Part shown: piece by piece, positions 37,876 to 47,562 of the stretch
How the letters are laid out: each line of letters starts with the position of its first letter
Numbering within the stretch: position 1 is the first letter of the stretch
Assembly (NCBI GenBank): GCA_045598185.1
Contig: JAZLLO010000113.1
Span: forward strand, 55,966-119,965
DNA: 64,000 bases
Origin: Marvinbryantia sp.
GTDB lineage: Bacteria > Bacillota > Clostridia > Lachnospirales > Lachnospiraceae
Reading direction: 5' to 3'
The notes under the pieces: generated by a model
Told to the model about the DNA's origin: nothing
The model's input: only the letters and a program-made list of their open reading frames with translations
Databases searched by the model: none
Program-made: the position numbers and the translations under genes

Positions 37876-39516
37876 ATGACAGTTATAGATTACTTAGAGT
37901 TTAATGCCAGAGAATATGGAGATGAAGTTGCTCTGGTAGAACTGAATCCGGAAGAAGCAGATAACCGAAGAGTTACATGGAAAGAATATGATCTGATCGA
38001 GCCGAATAGATTTGCACCATACAGAAGAGAGATTACCTGGGAGATTTTTGATGAGAAGGCAAACCGTTTTGCCAATATGCTGATTTCCCGTGGCATTAAG
38101 AAGGGAGACAGAGTTGCGATTATCATGTACAACTGTCTTGAATGGCTTCCTATTTATTTCGGTGTATTAAAGACAGGAGCGATTGCAGTTCCATTTAACT
38201 TCCGTTATGACGCAGAAGAGATCCTGTACTGCGCAGAGCTTGCAGAAGTACATGTTATCGTATTTGGTCCTGAATTTATCGGACGTATCGAGCAGAATGC
38301 AGACCGTCTTTCCAGAGGAAGACTTCTTATCTATGTTGGTGATAACTGTCCACGTTATGCAGAAAGCTATCGTGAACTGGTTGCTGACTGTTCAAGCAAG
38401 GCACCTGAGATCGCGTCTACACTGACAGAAGAAGATTATGGCGCTATCTATTTCTCATCTGGTACAACAGGATTCCCAAAAGCAATCCTTCATAAGCATC
38501 TGAGTCTCCTGCAGGCAGCACAGATGGAGCAGAAGCATCATTCACAGGGCAGAGATGACGTATTCTTATGTATTCCACCTCTGTATCATACAGGCGCAAA
38601 GTTCCACTGGATGGGTTCTCTTGTAGCAGGAAGCAAGGCTGTACTTCTGAAAGGTGCTAAGCCGGATGTTATCTTATCCGCTGTATCTTCAGAGAAGTGT
38701 ACTATCGTATGGCTCCTTGTTCCATGGGCACAGGATATTCTCGATTGCCTTGACAGCGGTAAGTTAAAGAAAGAAGATTATGATCTGTCTCAGTGGAGAC
38801 TGATGCACATTGGTGCACAGCCAGTACCACCAACACTGATCAAGCACTGGAAGGATTACTTCCCGAATCATGATTATGATACAAACTATGGACTTTCAGA
38901 ATCAACAGGTCCAGGATGCGTTCACCTTGGTGTTGAGAACATCCATAAGGTTGGTGCAATCGGTGTACCAGGATATCGCTGGGAATGCAAGATCGTTGAT
39001 GAAGATAACAAAGAAGTTGCACAGGGTGATGTTGGTGAGCTGATTGTAAAGGGTCCAGGTGTCATGACCTGTTATTATAATAATCCAGAAGCTACTGCAG
39101 AAGTACTGAAGGATGGATGGCTTTATACCGGTGATATGGCTATGCAGGATGAAGATGGATTTATCTTCCTCGTAGACCGTAAGAAGGACGTTATCGTATC
39201 CGGTGGTGAGAATATCTATCCTGTACAGATTGAGAACTTTATCCGTAAGAACGATAAGGTAAAAGACGTTGCAGTTATCGGTATTGCAGATAAGCGTCTT
39301 GGTGAGATCACAGCTGCCATCATTGAAGTAAAAGAAGGTATGGAACTTACGAGAGAAGAGGTTGAGACCTTCTGTCTGGATCTTCCGAGATACAAGAGAC
39401 CAAAAGAGATTATTTTCGAAGATATTCCTAGAAATGCTACAGGAAAGATTGAAAAACCAAAGCTTCGTCAGAGACATGGTTCAGATCGTCTGGTTGCACA
39501 GCAGATTTCTAATTAA
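37876..39516 (+). CDS. Acyl-CoA synthetase (ANL adenylate-forming)
   Basis: YFSSGTTGFPK, NYGLSES, YTGD, DRKKDVIVSGGENIYP, PRNATGKI. Confidence 0.9.
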   Translation: MTVIDYLEFNAREYGDEVALVELNPEEADNRRVTWKEYDLIEPNRFAPYRREITWEIFDEKANRFANMLISRGIKKGDRVAIIMYNCLEWLPIYFGVLKTGAIAVPFNFRYDAEEILYCAELAEVHVIVFGPEFIGRIEQNADRLSRGRLLIYVGDNCPRYAESYRELVADCSSKAPEIASTLTEEDYGAIYFSSGTTGFPKAILHKHLSLLQAAQMEQKHHSQGRDDVFLCIPPLYHTGAKFHWMGSLVAGSKAVLLKGAKPDVILSAVSSEKCTIVWLLVPWAQDILDCLDSGKLKKEDYDLSQWRLMHIGAQPVPPTLIKHWKDYFPNHDYDTNYGLSESTGPGCVHLGVENIHKVGAIGVPGYRWECKIVDEDNKEVAQGDVGELIVKGPGVMTCYYNNPEATAEVLKDGWLYTGDMAMQDEDGFIFLVDRKKDVIVSGGENIYPVQIENFIRKNDKVKDVAVIGIADKRLGEITAAIIEVKEGMELTREEVETFCLDLPRYKRPKEIIFEDIPRNATGKIEKPKLRQRHGSDRLVAQQISN

Positions 39517-39528
39517 TAGAGATTTTTT

Positions 39529-39557
39529 AAGAGGATTCCGTTTGGAATCCTCTTTTG
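39529..39557 (+). terminator. Rho-independent terminator
   Basis: AAGAGGATTCC-GTTT-GGAATCCTCTT-TT. Confidence 0.75.
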
Positions 39558-39593
39558 GATGGTGCCAGGCACTCTTAAAAAGGAGAATAGGAT

Positions 39594-40193
39594 ATGATAC
39601 GTGAACTTAATATAGGAGAACTTCCGGAGATGTATGAGCATTTCATTCTGCCATATTTTCCATCGGATGAAGTAAAACCGCTTGCCAGTATGCAAAAGAT
39701 GTATGAAGAGGGACGATATAAAGTCCTGGCAATGATGGATGAGGAAGATAGAGACAGAATTGCAGGCTGTGCTTGTTTTACTCTGCATCCGGATGGCAAG
39801 GCATGTCTCCTGGATTATTATGCGATCGATCGGAATCTGCGATGTAAAGGATACGGAAGCAGAATGCTTCAGATGTTTGCAAAGGGAGAATTGATCAAAC
39901 TGCCAATCATGATCGAGACTGAGCTTGTGGAAGAAGCTGAGAATGAAGAACAGCGACAGGAACGGATCCGCCGCAATCTTTTTTATGAGAAGAATGGAGC
40001 TGTACGGACAGATCTGATTACGGATATCTTTGGAGTTTTTTACAGTATTTGGATCCTTGGAAAGACAGAAGGGTATTCAGTTGCAGAGGAGATGGAAAAG
40101 TCTTATCGGTATATGGTGCCGGAAGGCATGTATGAGGCAAATTGTCGAATACCGGCAAGTGTATCTTTACAAGAAAATGCTACTTTGTTATAG
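39594..40193 (+). CDS. GNAT acetyltransferase
   Basis: LLDYYAI...RCKGYGS, RRNLFYEKNG. Confidence 0.8.
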   Translation: MIRELNIGELPEMYEHFILPYFPSDEVKPLASMQKMYEEGRYKVLAMMDEEDRDRIAGCACFTLHPDGKACLLDYYAIDRNLRCKGYGSRMLQMFAKGELIKLPIMIETELVEEAENEEQRQERIRRNLFYEKNGAVRTDLITDIFGVFYSIWILGKTEGYSVAEEMEKSYRYMVPEGMYEANCRIPASVSLQENATLL

Positions 40194-40226
40194 TAAAGAA
40201 TAAAATTAAATGAAGGGGATAAAAAA

Positions 40227-41483
40227 TTGGACCTACCTATAGTATTTCAAAGTATAGCATTAGTTTTTCTGGTTTTCGGATCTGCATTTTTCTCATCTGC
40301 GGAGACAGCACTCACTATGGTGAACAAGATTCAGCTTCAGATTCTTGCAGATGAAGGGAATAAACGTGCATCACGTGCACTGAAAGTAACAGAGCAGAAT
40401 TCCAAGATGCTGTCAGCAATCCTTATCGGGAATAATATTATCAATCTTTCATCTTCAGCACTGGCAACATCCATGACGATCAATATATGGGGTAACGTTT
40501 ATGTGGCGGCAGCAACTGGTATATTGACGTTTGTTATTCTGATGTTTGGTGAGATCATACCAAAGTCAATTGCCACAACCTATTCGAAGAAGCTTTCGCT
40601 TGCATATGCACCGATTATCTGGAGTCTGATGATAATCCTTACACCACTGATTATCATCTCTGAAAAACTCAGACAGCTTATTCTGATGCCTTTTGGACTG
40701 GATAAGGTACAGCCGGATGCTATGACAGAAGATGAATTAAAGGGATATGTAGATGTGGGACTGGAAGAAGGCGCGATTGAGGATGATGAGTTCGAGATGA
40801 TCAGCAACGTATTCAGTCTGGATGATTCTATTGCAAGAGATATCATGATTCCGAAGGCGGACATGGTATTTGTTCCACTGGATGCTACAAGAGAAGAACT
40901 CGTGGAGATCTATAGGCAGCATAATTATACCCGTTATCCGGTTTATATCGATTCTACAGATACCGTAATCGGTACCATCAATATCAAAGACCTGATCGAT
41001 TATGACGAAGATGAGGAATTCTCCATCAGAAGAATCATGCGAAAACCGAACTTTATCTTCGAGCATAAGGAAGTCGGAACACTTCTTATGGAGATGCGTG
41101 AAGCAACCTTAAGTATTGTGATCGTACTGGATGAGTATGGTACAACATCTGGTCTTATCACACTGGAAGATATTCTGGAAGAAATCGTTGGTGAAATTCG
41201 TGATGAATATGATCAGGATGAGAAGGACTCTGTAACAGAACTGAAAGAAGATCAGGAATATCTGGTAGAAGGTTCTACGAATCTGAATGATGTGAATGAA
41301 GAAGTAGGACTGGAATTAAAGTCTACAGAATATGATACGATTGGTGGTTTTCTTATCCAGCACTTCGATCGTCTGCCAAAGAGTGGTGAAGTCCTGGAAC
41401 TTGAGGATGGAACGAAGATTATAGCAGAGATCGTACACAACAATCGTGTAGAAAAGGTACATATTATTAAGAAGAGAGGTTGA
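40227..41483 (+). CDS. HlyC/CorC-family (CNNM) transporter with CBS domains
   Basis: SAFFSSAETA, ILIGNN, FGEIIPK, VLDEYG...ITLEDILEEIVGEI, TIGGF. Confidence 0.9.
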   Translation: MDLPIVFQSIALVFLVFGSAFFSSAETALTMVNKIQLQILADEGNKRASRALKVTEQNSKMLSAILIGNNIINLSSSALATSMTINIWGNVYVAAATGILTFVILMFGEIIPKSIATTYSKKLSLAYAPIIWSLMIILTPLIIISEKLRQLILMPFGLDKVQPDAMTEDELKGYVDVGLEEGAIEDDEFEMISNVFSLDDSIARDIMIPKADMVFVPLDATREELVEIYRQHNYTRYPVYIDSTDTVIGTINIKDLIDYDEDEEFSIRRIMRKPNFIFEHKEVGTLLMEMREATLSIVIVLDEYGTTSGLITLEDILEEIVGEIRDEYDQDEKDSVTELKEDQEYLVEGSTNLNDVNEEVGLELKSTEYDTIGGFLIQHFDRLPKSGEVLELEDGTKIIAEIVHNNRVEKVHIIKKRG

Positions 41484-41486
41484 TCC

Positions 41487-41906
41487 ATGAGATATACACC
41501 TGCGGACATTCTACGCTACGTTTATGAGGAGAATCTGGAATTCTCTTTTATGAATGCAATCATGATGCAGACAGATGGATATTCCATTGCAGAGATTGCA
41601 GATAAGAGATTCACACTTGTGAAGGAAGAATACCGGTTAAAGTCGGTTCTTTACAAACTGAATGTCACAATTACAGATGATGATATTCGAACCGCTATTA
41701 TGAATGGACTGTATGTCAGTGCATTTCTTTCCCGTAAAGATGAGGAATATCAGATACATTTCCTGGTACACAGATATCCGGAAGCAATGAAAGACCAGTT
41801 CGAAGAGCAGATTACTAAAGAAGTGGTGCAGTATATGGTGGCAAAGACTATCGTATCATTACGACTGGACACACCGGAAAAAGTAAAGAATTATCTGGGA
41901 ATATAA
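41487..41906 (+). CDS. Hypothetical protein
   Basis: GAGG RBS, coupled to the upstream gene, followed by a terminator; no motif recognised. Confidence 0.6.
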   Translation: MRYTPADILRYVYEENLEFSFMNAIMMQTDGYSIAEIADKRFTLVKEEYRLKSVLYKLNVTITDDDIRTAIMNGLYVSAFLSRKDEEYQIHFLVHRYPEAMKDQFEEQITKEVVQYMVAKTIVSLRLDTPEKVKNYLGI

Positions 41907-41914
41907 GATAGAAA

Positions 41915-41945
41915 AAGAGGTGTTGCTTTAACTGCAACACCTCTT
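41915..41945. terminator. Bidirectional terminator / palindromic repeat copy 2
   Basis: AAGAGGTGTTGC-7-GCAACACCTCTT. Confidence 0.75.
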
Positions 41946-41952
41946 AATTTAT

Positions 41953-44148
41953 TTATTTTGCAACGATAGAAGCTTTTGCGAATGATCCGTAATGCTTCTT
42001 GCCCTTATATGTGATATATGCTGCTACCTGAACAATTGATTTCTTACCGGATGGTAATGCTTTCAGTAAGTAAGCATACTTTGCTGGAGGGAGAGATGCT
42101 TTTACTTTACTGTAATTACTTGTTGACTTACCGTAACGAATCTCATAACCATCACAGGTAGTATCTTTCTTCCATTTAATCTTAACGCCGTTAGACTGCT
42201 GTGTCAGTTTGATCTTCTGTGCCTTTGGAACAACATATATGAGTGTTTCTACTCTTTGGATATAGCTGCTGGATGGATCACCGATATAATAACCGGTAAT
42301 CTTGGTAACGCCTGCTGAACGAGCGGTAACTTTACCCTTACTATCAATAGTTGCAATAGAAGGGTTTGAAGAAGTGAATACCATTCCTGCTGGCAGAGTA
42401 GGCTTTGTGATAACCTTGCTTGTACCTGCAACGATGTTAATATCTTTCTTTGGATCAATAAGATACTTGTTATTGCAGTCTTCAATATTATAGTAGAATT
42501 CAATTTCACATGTTTTAGTCTTACCGTTATATGTCTTTGCAGTAATTGTAACTTTGCCTGGTTCATTGCCAGTGCTTGTAACAAGACCATCAGAGTTTAC
42601 TTTTGCAATACTTGTATTACTGGATGACCATGTCACATCTGCACCATCTGCAGGAGCTGTCTTTGCTACTAACTGAATAGAATTCTTCTTTTTCAGGTTA
42701 ACTTTGTACTTGGCTGCAGGATCAGCGTTAAGCTTGTTGATAGTAACCTTTGTAGGAGCTGGCTTAACAGTAAGATTAACAGATGCATCGTGATCTTCAT
42801 CAACGATAGCTTTAACCATGTAACCACTTCCGGAGGTTGTGCTTGTGATAATGGCACTGTCCTGATTCTTCTTTACAAAAAGAATAGAACTTGGACGATT
42901 CGTTTCCCATATGATATTGTCAGAAAGCTCGATATTCAGTGGCATGTTAAACAAAATCTTAAGATCAATTGTCTGACCTGCCCAGAAGGTTGTCTTAGAT
43001 GCATACAGTGTATCATCCATGGTATATCCATGAGCTTCAACAAGGTGTTTGAAAGTATGGCTTTCTGGATCAAGATAATTGAAGATACCGGAATAATACT
43101 GTTTTGTTCCATTCAGGAAACTGTCAACATAAGACTTTTTGAATAAGTATAAAGAAGTATGGTCATTGTTGATAGTGTTGCCTGAAAATGCAGTTTCATC
43201 AATCTCTGTCAGTGTTGTTGGCAGGAAAAGATGTTCTACGGATGTACAGCCTCTGAATGCATTATAGCCAATAGTTTCGATACCTGTAGTAAGATAAATA
43301 GCAACAAGATTTTTACAGGACTGGAAAGTATTCTCCTGAATATTCGTTATACCGGAAGGAATAAAGAGAAGACCTGTTAAACCTGTACCATAAAATGCAG
43401 TAGCGCCGATCTCTTTCAGAGATTCAGGGAAGTATACAGGTATTATACCATCGAAAGGAAGATGACGCACTACTCGGTTATAAGATGGAACTGATTCTAA
43501 AGTTGACAGCGATGTAAGAGCGGCACACTTACGGAATGCTTCTTCACCGATTGAAGTGAGGACTGCACTGAAGGTTACATGCTCAAGTTTGGTACAGCCA
43601 AGAAATGCTCCGTCACCGATTGTCTCAACAGCTGGTCCACATGTAAATGATGTGAGGGCTGCACAGTCAACGAATACTTCATCACCGATGGTCTTTAATG
43701 CTGTTGCGGCGCTTAAGTCAATAGATGTAAGCTTTTTACAGCCCTGGAAGGCATTGTCAGCAATTGTACGAAGCTTTGATCCTACGGTTACTTTTTTTAA
43801 TACCTTGGCATTCAGGAATGCATTGGCGGAAATCTTTGTTGCATTAGTTGGAAGAATGACTTCTTTTACTCCATCAGAAGATTTTAAGATACTATTCTTG
43901 CCATTACCAATGTAAGCTACGCTATATTTGGTGCCATCACTTTTTGCCTGAAGTTTGTTAGGGATTGTGATTTTGGAAGCGATACCATTATAAGAATGGA
44001 TAATCGCTTTATTATTACTCAATGTAAATGAGTATAAGCCGTCTGGTGTAGTGTAGAGTGTGGCAGCATTAACAGAGACTGTCATGAGACCAAACAACAT
44101 ACATACGAGAAGCGACAGCTTAAGAAGATAAGATTTAGTTGCTTTCAT
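41953..44148 (-). CDS. Secreted BspA-type leucine-rich-repeat protein with Ig-like (Big_2) and Fn3-like C-terminal domains
   Basis: Signal peptide ending VNA; repeats IGxxAFxxCxxL; VTWSSSNTSIAKVNSDGLVT and FTSSNPSIATIDSKGKVTA; KIKW...GYEIRY. Confidence 0.85.
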   Translation of the reverse strand: MKATKSYLLKLSLLVCMLFGLMTVSVNAATLYTTPDGLYSFTLSNNKAIIHSYNGIASKITIPNKLQAKSDGTKYSVAYIGNGKNSILKSSDGVKEVILPTNATKISANAFLNAKVLKKVTVGSKLRTIADNAFQGCKKLTSIDLSAATALKTIGDEVFVDCAALTSFTCGPAVETIGDGAFLGCTKLEHVTFSAVLTSIGEEAFRKCAALTSLSTLESVPSYNRVVRHLPFDGIIPVYFPESLKEIGATAFYGTGLTGLLFIPSGITNIQENTFQSCKNLVAIYLTTGIETIGYNAFRGCTSVEHLFLPTTLTEIDETAFSGNTINNDHTSLYLFKKSYVDSFLNGTKQYYSGIFNYLDPESHTFKHLVEAHGYTMDDTLYASKTTFWAGQTIDLKILFNMPLNIELSDNIIWETNRPSSILFVKKNQDSAIITSTTSGSGYMVKAIVDEDHDASVNLTVKPAPTKVTINKLNADPAAKYKVNLKKKNSIQLVAKTAPADGADVTWSSSNTSIAKVNSDGLVTSTGNEPGKVTITAKTYNGKTKTCEIEFYYNIEDCNNKYLIDPKKDINIVAGTSKVITKPTLPAGMVFTSSNPSIATIDSKGKVTARSAGVTKITGYYIGDPSSSYIQRVETLIYVVPKAQKIKLTQQSNGVKIKWKKDTTCDGYEIRYGKSTSNYSKVKASLPPAKYAYLLKALPSGKKSIVQVAAYITYKGKKHYGSFAKASIVAK

Positions 44149-44374
44149 AGCATTTTCCTCCTTTTATTTAGTATATATGCGTACCATGATCCTATTCTAT
44201 CTTGTATTTAATAAAAATGCAATAAATAATTAATATTTGTTTAAATGAAATAAAAAAGTTTGAAACAAATGTTCCTATAAATGATATCAAAAACAGATTG
44301 ATAAAATCGTTATGGATATTTATAATGAATAGGAATTGATATTTGAACGATGATATATCTGAGGATGGTTTATT

Positions 44375-45391
44375 ATGACTAAAAAGCTTTTAATATCTAT
44401 ATTTGTAATGTTTTCGCTGATCTTTATGGTATCAGTTTCGGGATTGGCAGCCGAAGTCACTATGACAAAATGTACTGTCGATTCAATCTCGATAAAATGG
44501 ACTAAGGCTGAGCGTTATTACAAACAGAATGGGAAAAAATATGTTTGCACTGGATATCGTATCACTGATAATAAGAATAATATACTTGCAGAGATTTCAG
44601 GGATAAGTAAAAACAGTTATACCTTTAAAAATCAGCCAAGTGGAATTGCACAGAAAATCATAGTATATCCACTTTATAAGGGTGACATCTGCTTTCCGAA
44701 AAAAAGAATTGGTTCTGTTTATGTTAATACACTTCCGACAAAACCAAAAGATGTTATATATACGATGACAGACGAGAATACATTACGGATTTCGGTTTCA
44801 CATACAAGTGTAACAGGTATTCAGGTAAAAGAAAGCTTTTTGGGTTCGAATAAAAAAAAATATATAAGCTATAAAGGAATATCGAAAGCCATATCGTTAC
44901 CTTATGATACGACCTGTAAGTTTTCTGTTAGAACGTATTATAAAAACCCAGGCAATAAAAAGACCTATTACAGTGAATGGACTTCATGGACATATATCGA
45001 TAATCCATCTTTTTCCGGAATATCTTTGCCTGATAAAAAGGGATTTAAACTTTCTCTAAAAAAGTGTTCAAAGCTATATTGTTATAAGATATATCTTTCT
45101 AAAAACAGAGAACGTGACTATGTGAAGGTTGCTGAGATTAAAGCCAATAATGTGGGTAGTGTAACCATAGATTCCAGTGGAGGTAAATCATTAACTGCAA
45201 ACCAGGTCTATTATGTAAAGATTGTACCTGTACTAAAAGAAAATAATATATGTTATACAAGTAAGATATATGGGTTGGGTTCTATTTACATTGATCAGCA
45301 AGAGAAACAGGAAGTTAAAAAACCGCAGGAGACAGAGGAACCACAGGAAACAGAGATTCTGCAAGAGTTACAAGATATAAAAGAATTGTAA
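44375..45391 (+). CDS. Secreted basic beta-sandwich (Fn3-like) protein
   Basis: Signal peptide; SISIKW...GYRI, YSEWTSW, L.ANQVYYVKI patterns; acidic PQETE tail. Confidence 0.6.
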   Translation: MTKKLLISIFVMFSLIFMVSVSGLAAEVTMTKCTVDSISIKWTKAERYYKQNGKKYVCTGYRITDNKNNILAEISGISKNSYTFKNQPSGIAQKIIVYPLYKGDICFPKKRIGSVYVNTLPTKPKDVIYTMTDENTLRISVSHTSVTGIQVKESFLGSNKKKYISYKGISKAISLPYDTTCKFSVRTYYKNPGNKKTYYSEWTSWTYIDNPSFSGISLPDKKGFKLSLKKCSKLYCYKIYLSKNRERDYVKVAEIKANNVGSVTIDSSGGKSLTANQVYYVKIVPVLKENNICYTSKIYGLGSIYIDQQEKQEVKKPQETEEPQETEILQELQDIKEL

Positions 45392-45396
45392 ACATA

Positions 45397-45430
45397 AAGA
45401 GAGAGAAAACAGTCACATTTTCTCTCTCTT
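45397..45430. terminator. Bidirectional terminator
   Basis: AAGAGAGAGAAAA-8-TTTTCTCTCTCTT between convergent genes. Confidence 0.7.
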
Positions 45431-45433
45431 GTT

Positions 45434-46306
45434 TTATAATGAATAGTTTTTCGATGCTACATACTCTTGCAGCAATTTTGCAGTTTTTTTAGGAAGATCA
45501 GAATGGATACTTCCGATATAAGCCTTATTTGTGAGTGCCTTATATAAACATAATGCTGATATGTAAGCCCCATTACTGTTTTGATGTCGATTATCAAGTA
45601 TTAACGTTTCTCCAGGGTGTTCCTTCATATATTCTTCATAATATAAGCCTTCATAAACCGGTGTTGCTCCGAGTTTATTCGCAATTTTTTTCCCATTACG
45701 GTAAGCCAGGTTTCTTTCTTCTTCCGAAATGGTTGTAAACGGAAGCAGGACTCTCAGGTATATTTTTACATTAGGATTATTCGCTCTTAATGTAGAAGCT
45801 ATATTTATTGCGCTGGATAAATAATTGGAATAATTGTACACAGATATATCTGACTTTTCTTGTAAAAAAGCCACATCATATGACTTATCAATATCTTTCA
45901 AATCCTTGAGATAATGATTTTCCAAACTGTATCCTCCGGTAAGAATCTGAGAAAAAGAATATTTTTTATCCTTATCTAACAACATGCTGTTTAATCGTGC
46001 AGGAATTCCAATTCCTGCTGCAAGAGTTTCAGGATAAAAAGTTTTAGAATTACCGATAAATACAATTTTCTTTTTTTTCACAGGTTTAACAGCAGATGGC
46101 ACTTTATTGCCTGTACTTTTTATACTTTTTAAATCAGGTCGTATAGTAGGTGCATTTGTTTGTACTAGCTGCTCAGCCTTTATATAATTGGAATTATAAG
46201 GAATAAGTTTCTTCATCCGACTGCTCGCTTCTACATTTACAGAAAAAATAGTAATAAGCAGAAACAATTTAAATAGAAATGTGATCTTATCTTGTTTTAT
46301 TTTCAA
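45434..46306 (-). CDS. Secreted SGNH/GDSL-like hydrolase (DUF4886-like)
   Basis: Signal peptide; FIGNSKT block I, FLQEKS, LDNRHQN..GAY block V. Confidence 0.65.
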   Translation of the reverse strand: MKIKQDKITFLFKLFLLITIFSVNVEASSRMKKLIPYNSNYIKAEQLVQTNAPTIRPDLKSIKSTGNKVPSAVKPVKKKKIVFIGNSKTFYPETLAAGIGIPARLNSMLLDKDKKYSFSQILTGGYSLENHYLKDLKDIDKSYDVAFLQEKSDISVYNYSNYLSSAINIASTLRANNPNVKIYLRVLLPFTTISEEERNLAYRNGKKIANKLGATPVYEGLYYEEYMKEHPGETLILDNRHQNSNGAYISALCLYKALTNKAYIGSIHSDLPKKTAKLLQEYVASKNYSL

Positions 46307-46448
46307 TTGATTACCTCCACATAAAAATGGCTCTTATTATGTTTGCCCACTATATCATAACTCATTATTCTGATTTTTTCAAAATAATTGTTACTTTTTC
46401 GAATTTTCTGCTATACTGGTCTGTAAATGAATAAAATGTGAGGTAATA

Positions 46449-47561
46449 ATGAGTTTTTATTATTTGATTGATTTTGAGAATGTAAGAGAGATGGGCATCT
46501 CTTCTTTGCCGCCGACAGACAGTGCAGATCATATCTATATATTTTATACAGATAATGCTGCAAAGCTGAATATGGATGCAATGCTTGGGCATGATGCAGA
46601 ACTGAAGTTTATCAAGGTTGCTGCAGGCAAGCAGTCTCTGGATATGCATCTGGTATCTGTTCTTGGATTCCTGCTGAGAGACCGCGGGGGCGAGAATGAG
46701 TATATTGTTGTCAGCAGAGACAATGGATTTGATAATGTCATCAATTTCTGGAAGTCTAAAGGATTCGCGGTAGGAAGGCATACTGCCAATGCACCTGTAC
46801 CAGAGACAGAGGAACGTGTGGAAAAGCCAGAAGAAAAGAAGAAGAATAAGCGGAACAGAAAAGATCCTTCTGAGAAAAAGAATGGAAGAAGAAAGAAGGA
46901 GAAGCAGGAAGCAGTTGTCGAGAGTACAGAATCTCTTCCTGTGATGCTGATGGATAGCGGCATTCCGGCGCCGGAAGCTTATAGCAGTTCTGAAGAGATC
47001 GAAGCAGAGCTTTCTGAAAAAGAGGAACTTCTGATTGATGAGGAACTTCCATTTAAGGAAGAAACTTCTGTGGAAGAAGAACTTTCTGTAAAAGAGAATG
47101 CTTCCTTAGAAGATGCGATGAATCAGCCGGAAGAACCAGAAGCAGAGGAACCGGTAATTGTGGAAGAACCAGAAGCAGAGATGGCAGCAGAAGAGGAAAC
47201 CTCTGAAGAGATTGTGAAAGCAGAGGAACCTGCTGTAGAAGAGTCAATGGCAGAAAAAGTATTTGTAGAAGAAGCACCTGCAGAAGCCGTGGAAGAAAAG
47301 GTGGAAGTGGTAGAAGAAGCACCTGTGGAGGTTGAAAAGGAAGTTAAGAAGGAAATCGATCCACATACTCTTATGAACAATAAGCTCATGGGACTTCTTC
47401 GCAACAAGCTTGATGCGAATACACTAGGTGCGATCGCATCCATCGTAATTCGCAACATGGATGTTAAGAATTACAAACAGGTCATCTATCGCGCAATGGT
47501 TAAGAAGTTTGGCCAGAAGCAGGGACTTGAATATTACAATATGATAAAGAAGGAAATCTAA
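46449..47561 (+). CDS. PIN/NYN-like domain protein with long charged low-complexity linker
   Basis: YLIDFENV, GKQSLDMHL, VSRDNGFD; K-rich then E-rich linker; helical C-terminal domain. Confidence 0.75.
   Translation: MSFYYLIDFENVREMGISSLPPTDSADHIYIFYTDNAAKLNMDAMLGHDAELKFIKVAAGKQSLDMHLVSVLGFLLRDRGGENEYIVVSRDNGFDNVINFWKSKGFAVGRHTANAPVPETEERVEKPEEKKKNKRNRKDPSEKKNGRRKKEKQEAVVESTESLPVMLMDSGIPAPEAYSSSEEIEAELSEKEELLIDEELPFKEETSVEEELSVKENASLEDAMNQPEEPEAEEPVIVEEPEAEMAAEEETSEEIVKAEEPAVEESMAEKVFVEEAPAEAVEEKVEVVEEAPVEVEKEVKKEIDPHTLMNNKLMGLLRNKLDANTLGAIASIVIRNMDVKNYKQVIYRAMVKKFGQKQGLEYYNMIKKEI
47001..47108 (+). repeat. Three imperfect 36-bp (12-aa) intragenic tandem repeats
   Basis: EAELSEKEELLI / DEELPFKEETSV / EEELSVKENASL. 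Confidence 0.55.
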
Positions 47562-47562
47562 G

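Noticed and set aside
44852-44860. A9 tract as a phase-variation switch (also T8 at 46071)
   Set aside because: Encodes Lys runs in AT-rich genes, frames are intact, and such tracts are expected by chance
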